Origin: an uncultured Actinomycetota bacterium
GTDB lineage: Bacteria > Actinomycetota > Acidimicrobiia > Spongiisociales > UBA4744
NCBI GenBank assembly: GCA_963715305.1
Contig: CAVQSB010000014.1
Span: 2,994 to 66,993 of the forward strand
Length of the DNA: 64,000 nt
Direction: 5' to 3'
Shown here piece after piece: positions 11,650-23,541 of the stretch. A program made the translations under genes and the position numbers. Every line of letters starts with the position of its first letter. The stretch's first letter is position 1. Below the pieces are notes generated by a model that saw only the letters and a list, made by a program, of their open reading frames with translations, did no database searches and was not told the DNA's origin.

Positions 11650-12522
11650 TCACTCCACCATTGCGAACAACAGACCGGCAGCGGTGAGAACCAGAGTCGC
11701 AACGGCGGCACCGGTCAGCAGACCCGCCCGGTCTCGCACCATGGCTGCCAGCATGAGAGTTGCTGCGGGGAAACCCGCCACCATCGCCACCCATTCTCCG
11801 CCCGCTCTGGAACTCGAGCCGCGAGCGATTAGCAGACCACCGGCCACGAGAACCAACACGCTGATGAGGGCCCGGGTCCGGGTTCGGCCGATCCGGACGG
11901 CCAATACCCGTTTGCCGGCGATAGCGTCGGTTTCCAGGTCGGGCAGCTCAAAAGCCAGCATCATGGCGACATGCAACACAAGCACAATCGCGATGGACCA
12001 CCCCAGCGCCGCGGTTATCGTTGCTCCCTGGCTGAGTGCACCGATCAACGGAACGAGGCCGGCAACAACCGCAGATGCCGCCAGTTCTCCGAAGCCGGAC
12101 CCCAGCAACCTCAGTGGTGGCATGGAGTATGACCAGGACACCGCCAAGGCGGCCAGCCCCAGCAGACCTGCATTGGCGTTGACGAACATCAGAGCACCGG
12201 CCGTGCCGACCGCCACGACGCTGGCCAATCGGGCGGCCCGGAGGGCAACGGCCGGGCGCAACTGGCCACCAACCAACACCCCGCTCCCTCCCGAGAATAG
12301 GGTGCGGCGGGTTACCGCCCGGTCCGGTTCGACATCTGCGTATTCATTGACGTAATGGGCTGTGACCTGAGCTGCGGTGACCATCACCTGGCCGAGTGCA
12401 TAGGCGATCGGCTCGAAATGCCCCGCGCTAGCCGCCCCCAGCGCATACATCAGTACGCCGCCTATCAAGAAGTGCGGCCTGCTGAGCTTGATGAATGCCC
12501 ACAGCAAATCCATTGATTCCAT
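11650..12522 (-). CDS. UbiA/MenA-family prenyltransferase
   Basis: NEYADVEPD, FSGGSG, YSMPPLRL..G.GE, PDLETDAIAGKR.LAVR. Confidence 0.85.
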   Translation of the reverse strand: MESMDLLWAFIKLSRPHFLIGGVLMYALGAASAGHFEPIAYALGQVMVTAAQVTAHYVNEYADVEPDRAVTRRTLFSGGSGVLVGGQLRPAVALRAARLASVVAVGTAGALMFVNANAGLLGLAALAVSWSYSMPPLRLLGSGFGELAASAVVAGLVPLIGALSQGATITAALGWSIAIVLVLHVAMMLAFELPDLETDAIAGKRVLAVRIGRTRTRALISVLVLVAGGLLIARGSSSRAGGEWVAMVAGFPAATLMLAAMVRDRAGLLTGAAVATLVLTAAGLLFAMVE

Positions 12523-12583
12523 TCTTCCCGCCCTGCACGTCCACTGCCCGGATCACGAATTCGGCGCTACTCGAGACGGCTAC

Positions 12584-13618
12584 CTACCAGCGAGCGCTGT
12601 GTTCCTCCGCCCAACCAACCAGACCGTCGATCACCACCGACTCGCCGTTGTCGGCGATCACGGTCCTGTGAACCGGCCGAACATCTGGTGGACCTCGGAG
12701 CGAATAATGAGCAAATTGGTTGTGGCCGTCCGCTCCAGGGATGGCACGAAGGTGAGGTCGACCCGATCGGATCGCATCGTCCACGAGTGCATGAAATCAC
12801 CCGGGTCGTATTCGATATCGATCCGGGGGATCTTGTGGATGCGTCCGGCGAGCAACAGCGTGTGTTCGGTTGCTGCACTCGTGTCACCAAAACCGAACCC
12901 CATGTTCAACCCGACCGGCCGCCCGTCGGCGAGTAAACCAGAGGCGCTGGCCCACACCCAGAACCAGTCGTACTCCCAAACGCCTCTCCCCCAATCGAGG
13001 TGGCCAAGACTGGTGGTGGGGTCGAAACGGGTGGTTTGGTCACCGATGCGCAAGGTCCCACCGGCGGGCAGGCAGTTGATTTTGCGGTTGTAGTAGAAGC
13101 GGCGCTCCCCGATCGGAATGACGACCACCGTCGACTCGTGGTGGTCGGCACACGAAACTGAAGATGGGCAGCCAACGGGCGGCCGCCAAAATCAGCCCAC
13201 CGGACCTCGACCCGGCGAAGGTCACCTTCGACTTCAAACCGTGCTTGCACGTTGCGACCGTCGTACCCGCTCGCTCCCCTGTCGCTGTTGCGAGCCAGGG
13301 AGATGCCCCTTCCCAGAGGAACGGTGATCGTCTCTTCGTGGTAAGTCCCCTCGGCGAAATCGACCAGGTAGACGAATACCTGGCCTGCGTATCCAAGATC
13401 TGCCAGGGTGGCCGAGAAGTAGAGATCGGGCCAGGTGACCCCGTAGTAGTCCCAACGCCTGATCGAAAACGCGGCGCGGCCCGGAAGTCGTAGATGTGGG
13501 CCTGCTCGAGATTGCAGTCCAGGAGCGGTTGTCGCGCCCACCACCCGGTCTGGACGAGTCGACCGTATTCGTCGAGAAGCGGAGAACTCTCGATAATCTC
13601 GTGGTCAAGCTGCGTCAC
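12584..13618 (-). CDS. DUF2804-like protein, multiply frameshifted
   Basis: GWARQP, WDYYG, FYYNRKINC, LDWGRGVW, W.WASASG, GLNMGFGF, HQMFGRFTG and C-terminal GWAEEHSARW. Confidence 0.7.
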
Positions 13619-13664
13619 AGACAAAGAATAAGCTACTCGTCGTCGGTCGCCTCGAAGTCGGCGT

Positions 13665-16600
13665 TCAACCGGTGGCAGCGCCCTCCTGGACGGCCCGGGG
13701 CGGCAGACCTTCAGCCCACACATCCATGAAGCAAACCGTCCCGGTCGACGCCAACCAGTCGTATGCCGCCTGGGCAGCGCTCGCAGCAGCCGGGTGGTCC
13801 AAACCTACGAGCATGGCGAAGGTGGTCTGCACCATGGCCAGGTCTTCCTCGAGCACAACCGGTTCAAACAACTCGATCAACGAGGTGAACAGGTCTGCCG
13901 CGTGGTCGACATTGCCGTTGAGGGCAGCCTGGCTCGCTTCGACGTACATGGCGAGCCCGTCCATAAGCAGCCCCTTGTTGGTATTTTCAGACAGAGCAAC
14001 CGCCACCTGCTCTATCCGATCCAGGCGCCGCGTCCAGGCCGCTGCCTGGGCGGCCTCATACAGACCGGCTCCGGTATTGACGTGGTCGATCTGCATACCA
14101 AGATCGAAGGCCTCGTCCCACCTGCCCACACACTTGAAGACCTCGCATTTGGCTTGATCGACACCAGCCCGCAATTGCGGGTCGGTTTCGTCATCGAAAA
14201 AGGCAAGGGCTGCGAGGCTTCGCTCGGCTGCTTCTGCGGCACCCACGGTCCGAAGGTCGATGGCGGCGCGGGTGGCCGCCCACCAGGCTTTCCAGAAATC
14301 GGACAACTGGTCTTCCTCGAACTCGTCGAGTCGAGCGCCGGCCTCCTCGTACCGACCTTGGGCCATATAGCTGCCGGCAGTGTCGCCGGCGTTGCGGACG
14401 AGCCAGCTGAAGTCTCCCAGTCGATTCGCCAGTTCGTGGAGCCGCTCCCCCAGCCGGACGGCCTCCCTAGGATCGTCGAGGTACAGCGTTGCCGCCAGGT
14501 TGTTGATTGCCCTTCCGGCCACGCGGAGCAGTCCTTGCTCCTCCGCCACAGTTGCCACCCCCCGGAACAGAACCCGTGATTCCACCACTCTGCCCCGCCA
14601 CGCCAGGGCAGTGGCTTGCGTGACCAGACTGTCCAGCGTCACCTCGGTCAGGCCCAAAGACGAGGCGGCGGAAAGGAGGCGGACAACGGCTTCGATGGCA
14701 GGAGCGTGTCTGGCGTTCAGGGCATAACTGCGGGCGGCCTCGGCCGCCAGCCGGACGGCTACCGGATCGTCGATGCCCTTGAGCTCCCTGTACGCGGGTT
14801 CGATGACGGCCAGTGCCTCATCGGATCGGTAGTGGCTGTTGAGAATGCTGCCGTGCGCGGTCGCCGCCCGCCTCACACCGGCGACGTCACCGGCTTGCTG
14901 GAATTGCACACGAGCCGCCTCGATGTAGGCCACGCCCCGCTCAACCTCCCCCTGAACTTCCGCAAACTCGGCAGCCAGCAGTCGAAACTCGGCGATTTGC
15001 TTGTTGCCGACCGATAAGGCGATGGCCTGATCCAGCAAACCCATCGCTTGCATGTGTGATCCGAGATCGGCGGCCCGGGTGGCAGCAGCGGCCAGGCCGT
15101 GGAGCGCCTGAGCAGCCAGCTCATCACGTTCAGGACCATCCGGGCTGGCATCGTATGCACCCATGTAGTGACCGGCTACGACACCGGCCAATTCGGGATC
15201 CTCATGCCCTTCGAACAGGTGAGCGGCGGCGAGGTGCCGGCTCCGGCGGTCGGGCCGGTTGAGACGCTGGTATGCAACCTCCCGGATCAGCGACTGGACG
15301 AACCGGTATTGGCCGCGTTCGGGCGAACGGGGGTCGTCTTCCAGGTCGAGCAACTCGAGTTGAACCAACCTGCGGAGACGGGCATCGAGTCCGTCGGCGT
15401 CGGCGTCACCTTCGCGGATCGCCATCAGGCCGTCGGAAGTGAACGTTTGTCCGAGCACCGCCCCGTCCTGCAACAACGATCGCTCAGCAGGATCGAGCCG
15501 GTCGAGACGTGCCGCGATAACGGCTTGCAGGGAGTCCGGTAGGGCCATCGAGGCGAGATCGCCCTCGTACCGAAAACCCTCGCCGGCCTCGACCAGATGC
15601 CCAATCGAGGTGAGCATCCGCACCATCTCAACTGCGTAGAGCGGCATCCCGGCAGACCGTTCGACCAGGTTGTCGATGACCATGTCCTCGACACCGGGCA
15701 GGTACTCGGTCAGCATCTGCTGCATGTCCGGGTTGGTGAGCGGAGCCAACCGCACCGCCATCGAACTGCGGTGCTGCGCCCCCCAGGTGGGGTGCCGGTC
15801 GAGGAGATCTGGCCGGGCCAGAGTGATCACCAGCATCGGCGACCGCGCCGACCGTTCGACCAGTTCAGCGATGAAATCGATCAGGCCCGAGTCTGCCCAG
15901 TGGAGGTCCTCGAAGACCAGCACGGTCGTGCCACGGGCGGAGATGTTCTGGAAGAAGGACCGCAGCGCCGAGAAGAGCTCGGCACGACCTCCGGCCGGCA
16001 TCTCCCCTAATCCCAACAGACCTTCCAAACGGGGTTCGATCCAACGCCGATCTTCCTCGTTGGGAACGAATTCGGCCACGCACGTGCGCAGCCGGGTCCT
16101 GGCCCGGACCGGGTCTTCGTTCTCGACGATGCCGGCCCGCCGGCGCACCATCTCGCCGAGCGCCCAGAACGTAACCCCGTCGCCGTATGACGGGGATCGT
16201 CCCTGATGCCAGTAGACGTCCTTTGAGAATCCGTCGATGTGTTTCTTGAATTCCTCCGCCAAGCGGGTCTTACCGATGCCGCCTTCGCCGACGATCGAAA
16301 CGAGCCGGGACCGCTGTTCGGTTTCGACGGCGTTGAGTTGATCCTTGAGAAGACGCATTTCGCGATCACGGCCAAAAAACGGCGGCCGACGCGGGTCGCC
16401 CTCTGCGCTGCCGCCAACCATGGCGGCCACCCGGATGGCTTTCCAGGCTGCCACTACCTCTGTCTTGCCCTTTACGGTCCGCTCCCCCATCGACTCGAAG
16501 TCGATCGACCGGGCAGTGACCGAGTGGGTGGTTGATCCCACGTATACGCTGCCGGGCTCAGCTATCGACTGCAACCGGGACGCTGTGTTAACGAGGTCAC

Positions 16601-17169
16601 CGACGACCAGGCCCTTTTCGTTGCCGCCCGGTCCCACCGAGGTTGCTCCCGAGTTGACACCCGCCCGGAGCTTCAGTTCCGGATGACCCAGTTCCCCGCC
16701 GAGGGATGCCACCATGTCAACCAATTCCAAGCCGGCCCGTACTGCGCGCTCGGCGTCGTCTTCCCTCGCCGCCGCGGCACCCCACACTCCCATGACGGCA
16801 TCACCGATGAACTTGTCTACGGTCCCCCCGAAACGCTCGATGATCTCCCGGGCCCGGTCGAAGTAGACGGTGAGCATGTCCCGGACCTCTTCGGAGTCCC
16901 GGTTCTCTGAGTACGTCGTATAGCTCACGATGTCGGCGAACAGCACCGACACGAAACGCTTTTCGGCTACCTCCGGAGTGCTTGATGCTGATCGTTCGGT
17001 TGGCAGGCCCGGGGCTTCGGCAAGCGGCTTCCCACATCCGCCACAGAACTTGTCTTCCGTGTCGTTCTCCGTCCCACAATGCGCGGCAGGCGCCACTGAG
17101 TGGGCTACCGCACTCCTTGCAGAACTTACGGTCGGCTCGATTCTCGGTTCCACAAACTCGACAGGTCAA
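13665..17169 (-). CDS. Double zinc ribbon + class III adenylate/guanylate cyclase + AAA/STAND ATPase + TPR protein (frameshift near 17090)
   Basis: CRVC..KFCKECG / CG..KFCGGCG, SVLFADIVSYT, DKFIGDAVM, GDLVNTASRLQ, Walker A GEGGIGKT, Walker B VLVFEDLHWAD, helical C-terminus. Confidence 0.9.
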
Positions 17170-17258
17170 CGAAGCCTCCCGCGACTTCAGGCAGGTTACC
17201 GATGCAGGTTACTTCGGGTCGGCGGCACGAAGCGATCGGGTTAGCAGAGCATCGGTGA

Positions 17259-18014
17259 GTGGTAGCGGAGGCCACGCTCCCGTGGAGCCCAACCGTCCCG
17301 GTCCACTGCCACGCGCAGCGCATCAAGGGACTCTCCGGGGTTGCCGAATCGGTTGCCGGGGTCTTGGGCGGTCGCTCGAGGTGCGGGTCAACGAACGGCG
17401 CCGGACCGTCATGGAAGAACGGGACGCCGCCCGCAGCGATGCCAAGCAGCTGCGAGCCACCGTTCGAGAGATGATGGGTAGAGCGAGCGAGCAGGCGAAG
17501 ACGATCGAGGAGCTCGAACGAAAGATCGCTGATGTGATCGCGGCGAACGCCGAACAGGCGAGCCGGCTCGCCGGCGCCGAACGATCTGCCGAACAAGCCG
17601 GCAGCGCCGCATCCAAGCTGGCCGATGCCCGGGATGACCTCAAGAACAAACTGGCCGCCGACAAAGCAAAGTTGAAGGAAGCAACGGAACAGGTCGTGAC
17701 CCTCAAAAGAAGGTCGGCACGCTCCACAAGCAGTGAAGTGCTAGAGGGCCAGGTCGCAGCCACCGATCTACCGGTATTCCTACCCGCCGAAAAGGTTGGC
17801 GAGCTGCTCGGCGATCGTCACCCAGTTCGATGTCGGCGGCCTGCGGATCACCGATGGCGATGTGCGGCTCACCGTGGCGTTCGCCGGCGCCGGGAATGGG
17901 GCAGCCTTCGTAATCGCATCAACCGCGGCCGAGAAGAACGACCTACCACTCCACACGGCCGATCTGAAACTTGGTCCCCGGCCACCTCTCTTCGAAGAGG
18001 ATCCAGGCGGGTAA
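17259..18014 (+). CDS. Coiled-coil protein with small C-terminal beta domain, hypothetical (frameshifted)
   Basis: Heptad E/K/A/L-rich helix 17411-17720, continuing in ORF 17796-18014; start uncertain. Confidence 0.55.
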
Positions 18015-18122
18015 ACCAAGCGGGCAAACCCGCCAAGGAAAAGGCCCATCGCGGTAAGGTTTCCAGGACCCGACAAAGCGATTTGGTGACCCGGTTAGTT
18101 CGCCAGACAGGATCCCTTACCC

Positions 18123-18974
18123 GTGGACTTGGAAATCCTTGCCTACCTAGGTGCAGCGTTGATGGTGGTGCTGGCCTTCCTGGCATACCGGTACTGGCAT
18201 GCAACTGCCACCTACGCACGCCGGATGCGAGAATCTCACGCTCACCAGGCGATGGGTCCACTCATGCAATTTGCGCCTGCCAAGGCTGAGGGGCCTACCG
18301 CTGATACGGCTGGCGGAGTAGACACCGTCGTGGAGCCGGCGCCGCCTGATCTTCTCCCGGAAACCGATGACTTGTCCCCGGGCGAAGGGTCGGAGGAGGC
18401 GCAGGATCCTGCTCCCCACTCTGATGGGCATGAGGATGGGCTTGCGGCAGAATCGATCGCCGAGGTCCACGAGATCGAGCCGGCAACGATCGAGGACGAA
18501 CCGCGCGAAGAGTCAATCGACGACCCTGTAGACGTTGAGGATGACGGATCCTCCGAGGAACCCGAACCTCAGCCGGACGAAGCCGAATTTGAAGCCGGTG
18601 AACCAGAGGCCCCGGTCACCGAAGACCAGGTCGCCGACGGTTCGGACGAAACGGGCACCGCTTCGATCGAATGGAACAATGGCGAGACATCTCCTGGCCT
18701 GAAAACGGAGTACCGGCTGATCGAAGAGCTCGAGCCGCGGAAAAGCCCGGCACGTACCATCGAGGCGGCCGGGTCATTCGCCACGCTGCTCAAAGAGCTC
18801 GACGAGCAACTGGCCGCCCTTCCGAGCGGTATCGAGTTGATCGACCTCCCGATCCTCGAGCGGCGGCGGATCGCCGACCGACGCCAGGAGTTGCTGAGCG
18901 ACCGCGAGCGACTTCTCGAGCAGAAGAAGCGAGGAGCGCATCGTCGCCGGAAACGTTCCCGGACGAAGAGCTAA
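18123..18974 (+). CDS. Single-TM protein with long acidic linker and basic C-terminal helix, hypothetical
   Basis: N-terminal hydrophobic helix, D/E/P-rich region, then a coiled coil ending RRRKRSRTKS. Confidence 0.65.
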   Translation: MDLEILAYLGAALMVVLAFLAYRYWHATATYARRMRESHAHQAMGPLMQFAPAKAEGPTADTAGGVDTVVEPAPPDLLPETDDLSPGEGSEEAQDPAPHSDGHEDGLAAESIAEVHEIEPATIEDEPREESIDDPVDVEDDGSSEEPEPQPDEAEFEAGEPEAPVTEDQVADGSDETGTASIEWNNGETSPGLKTEYRLIEELEPRKSPARTIEAAGSFATLLKELDEQLAALPSGIELIDLPILERRRIADRRQELLSDRERLLEQKKRGAHRRRKRSRTKS

Positions 18975-19294
18975 TCGATCTGTCCACCCGACTCAACAGA
19001 GGTCGAACCAAGCGACCGGAGTAGCTCAAAGCTGTAGATGCCGGTCCGGTGCATGTCCGGGCCAAACTCGAAGTTCAACGCGTAGGCGCCGACGACGTGC
19101 GCTTCCACAACCCGGATGACGGACGGGTCCTGGAGCACCAGCCCCTTGCGCCGCTCGCCGGCATCGGAGCGACAGCCGGCGCAGGGACACCCGGCCCGAA
19201 GCTGGGCAGCCGGGACCAGAGTCTGGGCGCCGTCCTCCCACGTGAGGGTGACCTGGGTGCCGTCTGCAATCTCGATTCGGGAAGGGGTCTCCAC
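18971..19294 (-). CDS. DUF971 (GBBH-like N-terminal) protein
   Basis: W.DG....LR..CPCA.C, VGAYAL...F...H.TGIYSFE.LR. Confidence 0.85.
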   Translation of the reverse strand: METPSRIEIADGTQVTLTWEDGAQTLVPAAQLRAGCPCAGCRSDAGERRKGLVLQDPSVIRVVEAHVVGAYALNFEFGPDMHRTGIYSFELLRSLGSTSVESGGQID

Positions 19295-19430
19295 CGCCTG
19301 AAGGCTACCGGCCCGGGTTCCGGCTTGGCATCGAGCTGGGTCGAGATCCTCGCCCGGTCGGTTTGGATCGGATCGTGGGGAGGCGACCCAGGTCGAGCAG
19401 GCGAATCGGTTCCATAGTTCCCCCGTTGGT

Positions 19431-19775
19431 TCAGGCGTCGACGACGTCGATGCTCTCGAGGTAACACTGGTTGCCGCCGACCACCTCCACCCGGACGCTG
19501 GTACACGCCGGGCAAACCGGTTCCGAGCCGCCTGGATTCGTTGCACCGCAATCCCAGCAGGTCACCTGGGTCGGCTCTGATCGGATGGTCACGTGCGCTC
19601 CCTCGGCCCGCGTTCCGCGGCTGAGGACTTCGAAATTGAATTGCAGGGAATCCTCGGAGATGTGTGACAACTCTCCGAGAACTATGGAAACCCCGACGAT
19701 GCGTCCCGCGGGTTGCTGCTCGGCAGCTTCCAGGGCGGCCTGGACGAGGCCGCGAACGATCGGTACTTCGTGCAT
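19431..19775 (-). CDS. hypA: Hydrogenase maturation nickel metallochaperone HypA
   Basis: MHE start, GELS.I....LQFNF, CWDC / CPAC zinc sites, GG...LESIDV. Confidence 0.9.
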   Translation of the reverse strand: MHEVPIVRGLVQAALEAAEQQPAGRIVGVSIVLGELSHISEDSLQFNFEVLSRGTRAEGAHVTIRSEPTQVTCWDCGATNPGGSEPVCPACTSVRVEVVGGNQCYLESIDVVDA

Positions 19776-19917
19776 CGAACCACTCCTAAGACGGTGACGA
19801 CAACAGGCGCCAGTATGCCAGGACATCGACGGCAGCGTCGATCATGGCAGGCACACCGCTTCAACGGTCTCCCAGAGCCACGGACCAGAAGAGTTCCCGA
19901 TTCCGATACCATACGAA

Positions 19918-21351
19918 GTGATGACGAACACTCCCCCGAACCGGGACATCTTCTGCAATCGAACCATGAACTTCCGCTCGATCAAGGCGATCGGGTACGA
20001 CCTTGACTACACGCTGGTTCACTACAACACGTACGAATGGGAACGTCGCGCCTACCACCACACCAAGCTGCGCCTGGCGGAACGGGGTTGGCCCGTGGCC
20101 GATCTGGTGTTCGACCCCGATCAGGTGATCCAGGGCCTCACCATCGACCTCGAACTGGGCAACCTTCTCAAGGTGACCCGGTTCGGATATGTGATCCGGG
20201 CCGCTCACGGCACCCGCCTCCTCGAGTTCGACGAACTACGCCGCGCCTACGCGGGCACGGTGGTCGATCTGCATGAGAACCGCTGGGTTTTCATCAACAC
20301 CCTCTTCTCCCTTTCTGAGGCATCGCTATTCGCTCAACTGGTCGATCTGGTCGACGAAGGAAAGATCCCCGAAGTGGTCGGCTATGAGAACCTCTACCGC
20401 ACCGTGCGCCGGGCCCTGGACGCTGCTCACATGGAAGGCACGCTCAAGGGTGAGGTCCTCGCCGACCCGGATCGTTTCATCGAGCCGGACGCCAAGGTGG
20501 TCCCGATGCTCATCGATCAGCGGGAGGCCGGCAAGCAGTTGATGCTGATCACCAACTCGGAATGGGAATACGCCGAAAAGATCCTCACCCACGTATTCGA
20601 CCCTCAATTGCCCGACGGGCAGACCTGGCAGGATCTATTCGACACGGTGATCATCTCGGCTTCCAAGCCCGACTTCTTCGAGCGCGACCAGGCTTTGTAT
20701 CGAGTGGTGGATGAGGACCGGGCATTGCTCAAACCGGCCTACGGTCCGATAGAGCCGGGCGGCGTCTATTTCGGGGGGTCCGCTCACCAGGTAGAAAAAA
20801 GCCTCGGCCTGTCCGGCGACGAGATCCTCTACGTCGGTGACCACCTCTTCGGTGATGTGCACGCCTCCAAGTCGGCGCTCCGCTGGCGGACGGCTCTTGT
20901 GATCCACGAGCTCGAGGCCGAGATCGACGCCCTGGCGGGTTTCGCCGGGCAGGAAGCCGAACTGATCGAGCTGATGGCCACCAAAGAAGCACTCGAGGCC
21001 GAACAAGCCGAATTGCGGCTGATCCGCCAGCGCAACAAGTACGCACCCGTTGAACCGCCTCGCAGCAACCGCAGCCTCGAACGGGAGATCGAGGAGGTCC
21101 GGTCCCGCCTGGCCGGCCTGGATGAATTGATCACACCGCTGGCCATCGCAGCCGGGACCCTGAGCAACGAGCGGTGGGGGCTGCTCATGCGGGCCGGAGC
21201 AGACAAGAGCCTATTTGCCCGTCAGATTGAGCGGTATGCAGACGTGTACACCTCGCGGGTCTCGAACCTGCTCTACGCCACTCCCACCGGGTTCCTGCGG
21301 GCCTTCCGCAGTCCTCTCCCCCACGACCAGGTCGACCTGGCGCCCCGGTAG
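19918..21351 (+). CDS. HAD-IG family 5'-nucleotidase (cN-II-like)
   Basis: IFCNRT, GYDLDYTL, LITNS, KPDFF, YVGDHLFGD, WRT, RYADVYTS. Confidence 0.9.
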   Translation: MMTNTPPNRDIFCNRTMNFRSIKAIGYDLDYTLVHYNTYEWERRAYHHTKLRLAERGWPVADLVFDPDQVIQGLTIDLELGNLLKVTRFGYVIRAAHGTRLLEFDELRRAYAGTVVDLHENRWVFINTLFSLSEASLFAQLVDLVDEGKIPEVVGYENLYRTVRRALDAAHMEGTLKGEVLADPDRFIEPDAKVVPMLIDQREAGKQLMLITNSEWEYAEKILTHVFDPQLPDGQTWQDLFDTVIISASKPDFFERDQALYRVVDEDRALLKPAYGPIEPGGVYFGGSAHQVEKSLGLSGDEILYVGDHLFGDVHASKSALRWRTALVIHELEAEIDALAGFAGQEAELIELMATKEALEAEQAELRLIRQRNKYAPVEPPRSNRSLEREIEEVRSRLAGLDELITPLAIAAGTLSNERWGLLMRAGADKSLFARQIERYADVYTSRVSNLLYATPTGFLRAFRSPLPHDQVDLAPR

Positions 21352-21407
21352 ATTCTTTCCGGCCCCCCGACCTGACGCTCCTCTAGTCTCGCGCGACCAG
21401 AGGGAGT

Positions 21408-23129
21408 GTGGTGGAAGAGTCGAAAGCATCATTCCGGAGTGCCCTTCGTCATCGTGACTACCGGTGGCTGGCGTCGGCGTTCGTCGTCTCCAATATCGGA
21501 AGCTGGGCCTACAACGTTGCCTTGATGGTGTGGGTGTTCGATGCGACAGGATCGGCCGCCTGGGCCGGAGCCGTGAGCCTGGCTCGCTTTGTACCTGCCC
21601 TCCTCTTCAGCGCCTACGGCGGCGTGCTGGCCGAGCGATTCGAGCGGCGCAGCCTGATCGTCACCCTCAACCTGACCTCGGCGGCCACCCACGTTCTGCT
21701 GGCGCTGGTCGTGGTGGCCAACGGCCCGATTGTCATTGCGTTGGTGCTCGCGGCACTCGGCACCATCCAGGGCACGATCTACGAACCTGCGATCATTGCC
21801 CTGACCCCCGAAATCGTCGGCGAGACCGACCTGGCAGCCGCCAACTCGCTCAACAGCATGATCGATAACTCTGCCGTCATCGCCGGGCCAGCCATTGGAG
21901 CGCTTCTTATGGTGTGGTTCGACCCTTCGGTGACGCTCCTCATCAACGCCGCCACCTTTGTGTATGCGGCCGGTGCGACACGCATGGTCCGGACCCGCAG
22001 CCAACCGAGTGACGTTACCGAAGGTGGCCAGAAGACTCCGCTGGCTCAGATGGCCGTCGGTTTGAGAGCCCTGGCGGGGTCGAGCACCGCCCGCCTCCTG
22101 GCCGGCTTCAGCGTGCTGGCCAGCTTCTACTACGGGACAGACACCGTGCTCCTGGTGGTCTTGAGTGAGACGAATCTGGGTACGGGAGCAGAGGGGTTCG
22201 GCTACCTCCTCACCGCTCTCGGGGTGGGTGGAATCATCGCCGCCCCCCTGGTGAACAGACTCGGCAACTCGACCCGGTTGGGCACCGTGATTGCAGTAGG
22301 GATGATCGTTTACACCCTGCCGACCGCTCTCATGGTGCTCGTATCCGACCCGGCGGTGGCCTTCGCTCTGCAGGTAGTGCGCGGTGCCGGGACCCTGGTG
22401 GTTGACGTTCTGGCGCTCACCGCGTTGCAACGAACGGTGGCGCCCAAACTGGTCGCCCGCGTGTACGGCGTGTTCATCGCCCTGGTGCTGGCGGCCATCT
22501 CACTTGGCGCGGCCATTACCCCGGTTCTGCTGTCACTCTTCGGGCTCACCGGTACGTTGTTGATCTACGGGGTGGGTACACCGCTGGCCGTGCTCCTCGG
22601 CTATCCCCGCCTGTTGCGGGTCGATCGACTCGCCAAGCAACGCCTGGTGGAGTTGGCGCCGAAGCTTCGGGCCCTCGAGGCCAGTCCGCTCTTCGCAACA
22701 CTGGGTCGGGCGAATCTGGAGCAACTCGCAGCGGCTGCAACCGAAATCAACATTCCCACCGGCACCCTCATCGTGCAACAGGGAGACCCGGCCGATGCGA
22801 TGTATCTCATCGCCGATGGCGTAGCGTCCGTCACCGTCAGGGGTGAGGATCGACAACACCACCCGGTCGCAGAACTGACCACCGGCGACTATTTCGGAGA
22901 GATCGGAGTGCTCGGCGGGGCGCCCCGCAATGCCGATGTGCGGGCGGTCGAGGACTGCCGTCTGTTCAAGATTGGCGGTGACGTGTTCCTCAGTGCAGCA
23001 GGACACAACCCGGGAACCGGGTTCCTGGACCGGGCCCGCCACCGCACTTCCCAGACGATGCATATCGGCTTCCCCCTGCGTGCTGACTCCGAAGTGGCCT
23101 ACCGCGACAACCGGTCCGAGCGGGAATAG
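21408..23129 (+). CDS. MFS transporter fused to a C-terminal cyclic-nucleotide-binding domain
   Basis: About 12 TM segments, then QQGDPAD.MY.I..G, FGEIGVL..PRNADVRA. Confidence 0.9.
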   Translation: MVEESKASFRSALRHRDYRWLASAFVVSNIGSWAYNVALMVWVFDATGSAAWAGAVSLARFVPALLFSAYGGVLAERFERRSLIVTLNLTSAATHVLLALVVVANGPIVIALVLAALGTIQGTIYEPAIIALTPEIVGETDLAAANSLNSMIDNSAVIAGPAIGALLMVWFDPSVTLLINAATFVYAAGATRMVRTRSQPSDVTEGGQKTPLAQMAVGLRALAGSSTARLLAGFSVLASFYYGTDTVLLVVLSETNLGTGAEGFGYLLTALGVGGIIAAPLVNRLGNSTRLGTVIAVGMIVYTLPTALMVLVSDPAVAFALQVVRGAGTLVVDVLALTALQRTVAPKLVARVYGVFIALVLAAISLGAAITPVLLSLFGLTGTLLIYGVGTPLAVLLGYPRLLRVDRLAKQRLVELAPKLRALEASPLFATLGRANLEQLAAAATEINIPTGTLIVQQGDPADAMYLIADGVASVTVRGEDRQHHPVAELTTGDYFGEIGVLGGAPRNADVRAVEDCRLFKIGGDVFLSAAGHNPGTGFLDRARHRTSQTMHIGFPLRADSEVAYRDNRSERE

Positions 23130-23157
23130 CGGTGGAACCCCGAACGTTTCCCGGCAC

Positions 23158-23541
23158 ATGGAACAACTCATACTCGACGCCCTGCACAAAGGCGGGGTAG
23201 TCGACATCACAACCATCGGGCGCACCACCGGTCTGCCACGCCGCATCGAGATCTACTTCCATCACTTCGACGGTGACTACTTCATAACCGGCCGTCCGGG
23301 GCGGAGACGTCGAGACTGGCTGGCCAACATGCTTGCCAACCCCGATTTCACCCTCCACCTCAAGCGAGGGGTCAGCGCCGACCTGCCGGCAACGGCCGTC
23401 GAAATCGGTGATCCAGAGGAGCGAGCGAGAATCCTGTTCCGGATCCTCACGGAGAGTTGGGACACCGCCCCCGAGCAAGCAAAAACTGACCTGCCCGCCT
23501 GGGTTGAGGGCTCTCCCCTGATCCAGTTCTTCTTGGCCTGA
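23158..23541 (+). CDS. Deazaflavin (F420)-dependent oxidoreductase, Ddn/DUF385-like
   Basis: ITTIGRTTGLPRR.EI, DWLANMLANP. Confidence 0.75.
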   Translation: MEQLILDALHKGGVVDITTIGRTTGLPRRIEIYFHHFDGDYFITGRPGRRRRDWLANMLANPDFTLHLKRGVSADLPATAVEIGDPEERARILFRILTESWDTAPEQAKTDLPAWVEGSPLIQFFLA

